Shown: positions 1 to 6,154 of the stretch, piece after piece
Layout: each line of letters begins with the position of its first letter
Numbering within the stretch: the stretch's first letter is position 1
Source: Okeania sp.
Lineage (GTDB): Bacteria > Cyanobacteriota > Cyanobacteriia > Cyanobacteriales > Microcoleaceae
Assembly (NCBI RefSeq): GCF_035285525.1
Contig: NZ_JAYKGW010000054.1
Location: forward strand, 1-19,632
Reading direction: 5' to 3'
Length of the DNA stretch: 19,632 nucleotides
Translations under genes and position numbers: made by a program
The notes under the pieces: model-generated
What the model saw: the letters and a program-made list of their open reading frames with translations, nothing else
What the model was told of the DNA's origin: nothing
The model's database searches: none

Positions 1-240
1 ACAGCAGTTCCACAACCTGTAGTCCAGGAAACAGCAGTTCCACAACCTGTAGTCCAGGAAACAGCAGTTCCACAACCTGTAGTCCAGGAAACAGCAGTTC
101 CACAACCTGTAGTCCAGGAAACAGTTCCACAACCTGTAGTCCAGGAAACAGCAGTTCCACAACCTGTAGTCCAGGAAACAGCAGTTCCACAACCTGTAGT
201 CCAGGAAACAGTTCCACAAACAACAGTATCCACAAGTATT
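1..240 (+). repeat. In-frame tandem repeat, 30-nt unit ACAGCAGTTCCACAACCTGTAGTCCAGGAA
   Basis: Identical 30-nt copies at 1-30, 31-60, 61-90, 91-120, 148-177 and 178-207. A 27-nt variant lacking GCA lies at 121-147. A degenerate partial unit lies at 208-240. The array is cut by the window start. Confidence 0.95.
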
Positions 241-564
241 GTGGAAGAAATGGCAGGAAAAACAGTAGAAAAAGCAGTAGTAATTACTAACCGTAGAAAT
301 AATCAACCCCAACCACAAACAGTGAAACTTTATAATCCCTCTCTGCTGATGAGACCTCGCTATGAACCTGCGGATGTAATTTCTGCGGAACGAGATTCAT
401 CATTAGTTGATTGGTTGGAATCATCAGGCAGAATGTTACCTAGAGATCCTGTTGAATCAGAAAAATATACAGAAGAGGAAGAAGAAATCTCAGATTTGAT
501 AGCTGTAGATGACAATTTTAATGATGATGATGTATTGGATGACAATGCAGACGAGTCAGGTTAA
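1..564 (+). CDS. 3' part of an ORF entering from upstream: proline-rich decapeptide-repeat protein with a strongly acidic C-terminal tail (function unknown)
   Basis: Frame 1 is open from base 1 to TAA at 562-564. The listed 241..564 ORF is in the same frame. Bases 1-207 translate as repeated TAVPQPVVQE. The C-terminus is EEEEEISDLIAVDDNFNDDDVLDDNADESG. I recognise no family. Confidence 0.6.
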   Translation, partial: TAVPQPVVQETAVPQPVVQETAVPQPVVQETAVPQPVVQETVPQPVVQETAVPQPVVQETAVPQPVVQETVPQTTVSTSIVEEMAGKTVEKAVVITNRRNNQPQPQTVKLYNPSLLMRPRYEPADVISAERDSSLVDWLESSGRMLPRDPVESEKYTEEEEEISDLIAVDDNFNDDDVLDDNADESG

Positions 565-671
565 TAAAGATTTTTGATAAATGAAAAAAAACTTCAGTTA
601 CTAGCTGATTTTTCCTAATTTATCTATTAAATTTAAACTTGAAAAAAGTGTGTGTGTGGAGGAAGTTTTTT

Positions 672-1760
672 ATGGAAAATAAATTGACATTAAGGAATTC
701 TATAAGCTTATCTGGACAAAACTTATTATTGGGTTTGGGTGTAGGGTTAATTTCCTTTGCCCTGATTTTAGATGGTATGGCTAATAGGGTTTTTGCTATC
801 AAGTCTCTGAGTTTACCCTTAATTATTTGTGGTTTATTAACTGTAAGCTTAGGATATTGGACTATACCTATACTTAGAAACTTAAAAGCTGGACAAATAA
901 TCCGAGAGGATGGCCCTCAAGCTCATCTGAAAAAAGCAGGGACTCCAACTATGGGAGGTATATTTTTTGTACCAGTGGGAGTAGCGATCGCTCTGGTATT
1001 ATCGAGATTTTCTCCAGATGTAGTAGCTGTATCTTTACTTACCCTAGCTTATGGTTTTATTGGTTGGTTAGATGATTGGCAAATTTTACGACGCAAGTCA
1101 AATAAAGGAATATCCCCAAGAATGAAACTGGTCTTGCAGATTACTTTTGCTAGTTTATTCTGTGGGTGGTTAGCATGGAGTCAACCTAGCACTATTACTA
1201 ATATTGCTTTACCTTTTGGTCTACAGCTACCTTTGGGATTGTTATTTTGGCCTTTGGCAGGTTTTGTTTTGGTTGCTGAAAGTAATGCGACAAATCTTAC
1301 TGATGGTGTTGATGGGTTAATGGGGGGGTTAGGAGCGATCGCTTTTTTCGGATTAGGAGCTTATTTGGCCCCTACTTCTCCAGAGCTAATGATTTTCTGT
1401 GCTTGTATGAGTGGTAGTTGTCTAGGTTTTGTGGTTCATAATCGTAATCCGGCTAAAGTGTTTATGGGTGATACAGGTTCTTTAGCTTTGGGTGGTGGTC
1501 TAGGAGCAGTTGGTTTATTAACTAATTCTCTCTGGGTGCTTTTTCTGATTAGTGGAGTTTTCTTAATTGAAACTCTTTCTGTTATTGCTCAAGTAAGTTA
1601 CTACAAAGCAACAAAAGGAACTGATGGAGTAGGGAAACGGTTATTTAAAATGGCTCCTTTTCACCATCATTTGGAATTATCGGGTTGGTTAGAAACTCAA
1701 GTAGTAGGAACTTTTTATTTAGTTACTTCAATTTTGACTGGGTTGTGCTTATTACAATAG
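672..1760 (+). CDS. mraY: Phospho-N-acetylmuramoyl-pentapeptide transferase MraY
   Basis: Polytopic membrane protein with MraY hallmarks: NATNLTDGVDGL, VFMGDTGSLALGG and MAPFHHHLE. The ORF opens at TTG 639, but ATG 672 is preceded by GGAGGAAG (658-665) and is the likelier start. Confidence 0.93.
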   Translation: MENKLTLRNSISLSGQNLLLGLGVGLISFALILDGMANRVFAIKSLSLPLIICGLLTVSLGYWTIPILRNLKAGQIIREDGPQAHLKKAGTPTMGGIFFVPVGVAIALVLSRFSPDVVAVSLLTLAYGFIGWLDDWQILRRKSNKGISPRMKLVLQITFASLFCGWLAWSQPSTITNIALPFGLQLPLGLLFWPLAGFVLVAESNATNLTDGVDGLMGGLGAIAFFGLGAYLAPTSPELMIFCACMSGSCLGFVVHNRNPAKVFMGDTGSLALGGGLGAVGLLTNSLWVLFLISGVFLIETLSVIAQVSYYKATKGTDGVGKRLFKMAPFHHHLELSGWLETQVVGTFYLVTSILTGLCLLQ

Positions 1761-1792
1761 ACATCTCCTCCAAATGAGGGAACAGGGAACAC
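1758..1792. repeat. Solo copy of the MITE end motif TAGACATCTCC...AGGGAACAGGGAA
   Basis: TAGACATCTCCTCCAAATGAGGGAACAGGGAAC resembles the reverse complement of the right end of the 5897-6123 element (TAGACATCTCCAAAAAAGAGGGAACAGGGAA). Its first three bases are the mraY stop codon TAG. Confidence 0.55.
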
Positions 1793-2231
1793 TAGATATG
1801 TGGAAACAGGAAGAAAAAATTGATAATTTATGGATAAGAATTGATTTGATTTTTCATTTTTGGAAATGTCTAATAAAGAAGGAAGTCATTTCAGTTATCA
1901 ATACCTCTGGCTATTTGCGCAGCATTCCGCAGGAAACCCAGAGGCTTGAGATGCTGAATTTAATTTTTTTTCATCTTCTTGAAAGGGGAGGCGCATACCT
2001 AATTTTTTGATAAGGAATAGGGAGAAATAAATAATTAATTAATTGATGATTTATCTCCGATAATTGATTTGATTTTTTCAGTGCATAAGCAAAATTAATT
2101 ATATATTCTGTTGATTCTCTTTTATCCTTTCCCTATTCCCTCTATTAACTAAGAAATTAATTTGATACGACTACTTATAATGGAAGATATTTAATAGTCG
2201 TTGAAATTTACGAATTTCTTAAATTGGAAAA

Positions 2232-3158
2232 ATGACAAAAGTTTCAGTAATTATACCAATTTATAATGGTGAAAAAGACTTACCAGACTTGATAGAATGT
2301 CTGCAAGCGCAAACCTATCCTACCGAAGAAGTAGAATATTTATTAGTAGATAATAAGAGCAGCGATCGTAGCATTTCTATTATTCAAAAAGCAGCAGAGT
2401 CAAAGGAAATTATGATTCGCCCACTGACAGAAAATCAGATTCAAAGTTCTTATGCTGCTCGTAATGCTGGTATTCGAGTAGCTCATAGCGAAATACTTGC
2501 TTTTACTGATGGAGACTGTCGCCCTCAACCCCAATGGTTAGAAAATTTAATTCAGCCATTTATTGACCCTAATGTTGGTATTGTAGTCGGAGAAATACTG
2601 GCTTTACCTGGTAATAGTATATTAGAAAAATACGCCGATAAACAAGAGACTCTTTCCCAAAAACATACTTTAGCTCATCCATTTTTTCCTTATGGTCAAA
2701 CTGCTAATGTAGCTATTAGAAAACAAGCATTTGTAGAAGTAGGATTATTTCGTCCTTACTTAACAACAGGTGGAGATGCTGATATTTGTTGGCGAATTTT
2801 AAGAGAAACATCTTATCAGTTTAAATTTGCCGAAAAAGCGATAGTTAAACATAGACATCGTTCAACTTGGAAAGATTTACAAAGTCAATGGCATAGGTAT
2901 GGAAAGTCGAATAAATATTTACATGAACTCCACGGTGTTGATTTAATGAAAGAGTTAAAAACTAAAGAATATGTTTATCGTTTAAGTAGGTGGTTATTGA
3001 AAGAATTACCCTTAACTACGGTCAAATTAATGTCAGGTAAAGCAGAATTAGTAGAGTTATTTAATACTCCTATTAGTTTGCTAAATGGTAGAGCCAGATT
3101 TAGGGGTCAAAAAGAAGCGAAATTATCAGCAGAAGCACGAATGATTGAGAGAATTTAG
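2232..3158 (+). CDS. Family 2 glycosyltransferase (GT-A fold)
   Basis: N-terminal VSVIIPIYNGEKDLPDLIECLQAQTYP...LVDNKSSDRS and the DxD-type motif FTDGDC are typical of GT2 enzymes. Clean ATG start. Confidence 0.85.
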   Translation: MTKVSVIIPIYNGEKDLPDLIECLQAQTYPTEEVEYLLVDNKSSDRSISIIQKAAESKEIMIRPLTENQIQSSYAARNAGIRVAHSEILAFTDGDCRPQPQWLENLIQPFIDPNVGIVVGEILALPGNSILEKYADKQETLSQKHTLAHPFFPYGQTANVAIRKQAFVEVGLFRPYLTTGGDADICWRILRETSYQFKFAEKAIVKHRHRSTWKDLQSQWHRYGKSNKYLHELHGVDLMKELKTKEYVYRLSRWLLKELPLTTVKLMSGKAELVELFNTPISLLNGRARFRGQKEAKLSAEARMIERI

Positions 3159-3276
3159 TTTAAAAATATACATACAAATTAATAAAAATATTTTGGTAAG
3201 CATTTAGCTGTTCGCAATCAGCTAATACCTGAATGCTCTTACCACATTACAGCAGTTTTCATTTCGGTGAACCACA

Positions 3277-3305
3277 GTAGGGACGCCCTTATGCAACGTC
3301 CCTAC
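3277..3305. repeat. Hairpin repeat GTAGGGACG-N11-CGTCCCTAC
   Basis: Perfect 9-bp stem with an 11-nt loop. It belongs to the GTAGGG...CCCTAC class of small palindromic repeats; another example lies at 9569-9625. Confidence 0.7.
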
Positions 3306-3321
3306 TGGATTTTGATTATGG

Positions 3322-3422
3322 GGATGTACGCAAAGAAACCCGGTTTCTACGAAAAACCGGGTTTCTGGGTTCAGTTCAAACCACAAGATGTTGTTGATAA
3401 ACACAGTTTCTGCGTAAGTCCT
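3322..3422. mobile_element. MITE-like element, copy A (left terminal repeat slightly degenerate)
   Basis: About 100 bp, roughly 90 percent identical outside one loop to 15197-15299. Ends are GGATGTACGCAAAGAAAC ... GTTTCTGCGTAAGTCC. Internal 11-bp hairpin AGAAACCCGGT / ACCGGGTTTCT. No ORF. Confidence 0.75.
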
Positions 3423-3448
3423 GAAAAAATTAATTGCAAATTTGGTAT

Positions 3449-3491
3449 GATCGCTTTCTTAAATTAGTTTAGATAAGCGATCGCTTTTTTT
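3449..3491 (+). terminator. Putative intrinsic terminator built on a HIP1 site
   Basis: GATCGCTT (3449-3456) pairs with AAGCGATC (3475-3482), followed by GC and T7 (3485-3491). The 18-nt loop is rather large. Confidence 0.4.
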
Positions 3492-3494
3492 AAG

Positions 3495-3517
3495 GTAGGG
3501 AGTAGGGAGTAGGGAGT
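3495..3517. repeat. STRR-like heptamer array (GTAGGGA)x3
   Basis: GTAGGGA at 3495, 3502 and 3509. The same heptamer in reverse complement (TACTCCC x3) occurs at 11289-11309. Confidence 0.9.
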
Positions 3518-3521
3518 TAAC

Positions 3522-3758
3522 CCACCCCTAACCCCTCCCAGGAGGGGAAGTCAGGAGAAATAGGAGTTATAGAGCAATACGGTTGAGTTAAGACGAAAAC
3601 TCTTAATGATATGGAACCATTCTATCAGCTTTTCAGACTACAAAACTGCCCAAAAAATCCTTAACTGAAACTTACTGAGTTATAGAGGAGGTAGAAGTAA
3701 GAATAGTCTCTTAACCCCTATAGTGAAAAGCTGAATACTAATAGCTAATAACTAATAC
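3522..3758. repeat. Composite dispersed repeat, copy 1 (CCACCCCTAA...GGAGGGGAAGTCAGGAG ... AAAAGCTGAATACTAATAGCTAATAACTAAT)
   Basis: Shares both end modules with 4140-4298. The left module contains the hairpin CCCCTCC-ca-GGAGGGG. Confidence 0.6.
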
Positions 3759-4139
3759 CATTTCTCAAAAAGTTTTCTACATTTGATTGAGCAGGGTAGG
3801 GAGGTTAGCATTTTTTTTATGCAACTTTCGTACGGGAGTAAGGGAGAGAGGGAGAAGTAAAAACAAGAAAAATTCACATTAACTTAGCTAAAATTGGCAA
3901 AAAATAATTTGATTTTTGATAATTTAGTTAATAACTGAAGTATTGCCCAAATATAGCATTAAAGCATGGGAATTGGTATAAAATCTCAAATATTAAGAAA
4001 TAAAAATTATCCAATATCTTTCCTAGTTTTTTACTTTTAATAACTATTCTAGAAACTGTAACCAAATTCTACTATTTAGAAGCCCTAACCGTATCTTTGG
4101 AAACGGTGCGGATTTTTGGCAAAGAAGTCAGGTATTAAG

Positions 4140-4298
4140 CCACCCCTAATCTTTCCCAAGAGGGAAAGTCAGGAGAACGATAAATATAAAGATAGTTCTA
4201 TCTCCCCATCTCCCTATTCCGCCACCTAATTTTATATATCCGGTTAGGGGTTCTATACTTAAAAGCTGATAGCTGAATACGAATAGCTAATAACTAAT
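4140..4298. repeat. Composite dispersed repeat, copy 2 (CCACCCCTAA...GAGGGAAAGTCAGGAG ... AAAAGCTGATAGCTGAATACGAATAGCTAATAACTAAT)
   Basis: Same modules as 3522-3758 with a shorter centre. Contains the hairpin CTTTCCC-aaga-GGGAAAG. It abuts the stop codon of the 2TM gene. Confidence 0.6.
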
Positions 4299-4796
4299 TT
4301 AAGACTGTAAATTCTTGAAAATTTTATCTGCCAAAAAGCCAATAGATTTCCCTACCTGCTTCTTTAAACGCCATCTTTGAAAAGCTTTTTCATAATCTTC
4401 TCCTTTAACTTGAAAAGTTTTCCAAGCATCCAAAGCTAACCATAATCCCCACAATAATAAAATTGGTAAAGACCAAGAAAGACTATGAGTAGTAACTAAA
4501 TTAAGCAGCACTAAAAATGAATTAACAATGGCATATTTAATAGCACTTTCCTTTAACTTTTCTTGGCGAACTTGATTAAAAACAAGTTTTTCTTCCAGCT
4601 CGTTCCGTTGAGCTAGCCATTTCTGTTCTGCTGCTAATAATTCTTCAGGAGAAATACCCATTTCCTGGGCAATTTCTAATACTTGCGCTTTTGTAAGTTC
4701 GCCAGCTTCAGAGCGATTTGCTAAAGCAAGTTGCAGAATTTGCTGAACATCATCTTGAGCATAAGTTACGGTAATTTTGTTCTCTGGATTTGTCAT
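4299..4796 (-). CDS. 2TM-domain membrane protein with an N-terminal helical soluble domain
   Basis: The C-terminal half, YAIVNSFLVLLNLVTTHSLSWSLPILLLWGLWLALDAWKTF, forms two adjacent TM helices typical of the 2TM family. The ORF opens with TTG at 4808; the first ATG is at 4796. Confidence 0.65.
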   Translation of the reverse strand: MTNPENKITVTYAQDDVQQILQLALANRSEAGELTKAQVLEIAQEMGISPEELLAAEQKWLAQRNELEEKLVFNQVRQEKLKESAIKYAIVNSFLVLLNLVTTHSLSWSLPILLLWGLWLALDAWKTFQVKGEDYEKAFQRWRLKKQVGKSIGFLADKIFKNLQS

Positions 4797-5073
4797 TTTA
4801 GTTATCAATTATAATTAGGGTTTGCTGAATTATTTATCAAAGTATTTATAGATAAAGATTTGAACAATTTTAGGTACTGAAAAAGTACCAGATTTTTTGG
4901 TTGATAGAGCAGAAAAAGTGAGCTTAAAAGGGGTCTACTAAATAAATCTACAAACCATTTTCATAGTTTTAAGTAAAACTCTAAATTAAAAGTATGCAAA
5001 GACACTAATTAAATGATATGTTAAGATGGCGGATATAGTTAAATCATCTAGTTAAAGGGAGATGTGATTGATT

Positions 5074-5817
5074 ATGAATAGGCAAAATTTTAAGTCTTGG
5101 GGACTTTTAGCTTTAGCAATATCTCCAATAATAGTAACTTTTTCAGGGTGGCAGTTGGCAAAAGCACAGTTAACCCCAGAAATGCTCATCAGTGTAAACT
5201 TTCCGCAATCAGGGACAAGAGAACCTTCAGGTCAAACCAGTGGTGGAGGTAGTCGTGGTCCTGGAGACTGTGCTTCTGTTATAACCAACTTGACAGCTCT
5301 AATGCCAGGAGATGATAATGCTGGCACCACAACTGTTAGTAATCCGAAATTTTTTGTGTATCTTCCTCAACATCAAGTCAAATCAGCACAATTTGAAATA
5401 AAGTATAAATCAGGTGAAAGTGTCTATTCTAAAGACTTAGATATTTCTAACACTTCTGGTATTGTGAAACTGAGTTTACCAGAAAATGTCAGTCTGAAAA
5501 CAAACCAAGAATATTCTTGGTCATTTTCCGTAATTTGCGATAGTGATACAGGTGATAGCAGTGCTAACAGATACGTTGAGGGAACTATCACCAAGGTAGA
5601 AATAAGTCCAGAGTTAGAAAAAAGCTTAAAAAATGCCACTCCCTTAGAACAAGCAGCAATATATGCAAAAGCCAGAATTTGGAATGAGACAATAGCTACT
5701 TTGGCTGAGTTACGAAATTGTCACCCTGGAGAATGGGAAGAATTATTGACATCAGTAGGACTACAAAAACTTGCTTCTGAACCATTTGCATCCTGCTGTC
5801 AACTAGAAGAAGAATAA
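5074..5817 (+). CDS. Secreted DUF928-family protein
   Basis: Signal peptide MNRQNFKSWGLLALAISPIIVTFSGWQLAKAQ. DUF928-like pattern: GGGSRG..C, LTALMP, PKFFVYLP, IVKLSLPENVSLKTNQEYSWSFSVICD, EGTITKVE, AAIYAKARIWNETIATLAELR. ATG 5074 follows AAGGGAG (5055-5061); the listed ORF opens at TTG 5068. Confidence 0.8.
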   Translation: MNRQNFKSWGLLALAISPIIVTFSGWQLAKAQLTPEMLISVNFPQSGTREPSGQTSGGGSRGPGDCASVITNLTALMPGDDNAGTTTVSNPKFFVYLPQHQVKSAQFEIKYKSGESVYSKDLDISNTSGIVKLSLPENVSLKTNQEYSWSFSVICDSDTGDSSANRYVEGTITKVEISPELEKSLKNATPLEQAAIYAKARIWNETIATLAELRNCHPGEWEELLTSVGLQKLASEPFASCCQLEEE

Positions 5818-5896
5818 ATAGAATTAGCTGTCATAAGCTAGTAAATTGATTGAGAGCAGTATAACTTTGACTTGATGGTAAAGTTGGATTAACTAT

Positions 5897-6123
5897 TAGA
5901 CATCTCCAAAAAATCAAAATATAATCAATTATTATCCAGAAATAATCAATTACTGCTGTTAATTATCAAAAAAAGAGGTATAAAGCCTCCCCTTGTTCGG
6001 GGATGAAAAAATTTTAACTCAATATTTCAAGCCTCCGACTTTAGTCGGAGGTTAACTGATAACTGATAACTGAAATGACCCTCTGTTCCCTCTTCCCTGT
6101 TCCCTCTTTTTTGGAGATGTCTA
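5897..6123. mobile_element. 227-bp MITE-like element with perfect 17-bp terminal inverted repeats
   Basis: TAGACATCTCCAAAAAA (5897-5913) is the exact reverse complement of TTTTTTGGAGATGTCTA (6107-6123). The interior has no ORF and carries the hairpin CCTCCGACT-tt-AGTCGGAGG (6032-6051), an AACTGAT heptamer array (6054-6074) and CCCTGTT/CCCTCTT heptamers. Confidence 0.75.
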
Positions 6124-6154
6124 CTTGTTTTTTTTTGAAAGTGGTTAATAACCG

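Noticed and set aside
360-802. Minus-strand ORFs 360..545 and 620..802
   Set aside because: They are antisense shadows of the repeat-protein ORF and of the mraY 5' end. Both are low-complexity, with no RBS or recognisable motif.
1774-2010. 78-aa ORF downstream of mraY
   Set aside because: It starts inside the GGGAACA repeat motif, has an odd composition, no RBS and no recognisable family. It is probably a chance ORF in AT-rich spacer.
3222-3467. ORFs 3222..3404 (-) and 3267..3467 (+)
   Set aside because: Both are translations straight through the GTAGGGACG hairpin and the MITE copy. The + ORF starts at GTG and encodes the repeat-derived KKPGFYEKPGFW. The same DNA recurs non-coding at 15197-15299.
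4879-4896. Shared motif GAAAAAGTACC(A/T)GATTTT here and at 11166-11184, both in divergent promoter regions
   Set aside because: It is an A/T-rich 16-of-17 match. A rough estimate suggests that many such pairs arise by chance in about 20 kb of AT-rich DNA. It does not match the cyanobacterial LexA-box pattern.
5424-5639. Antisense ORF inside the DUF928 gene
   Set aside because: It is a shadow ORF opposite a well-supported CDS.
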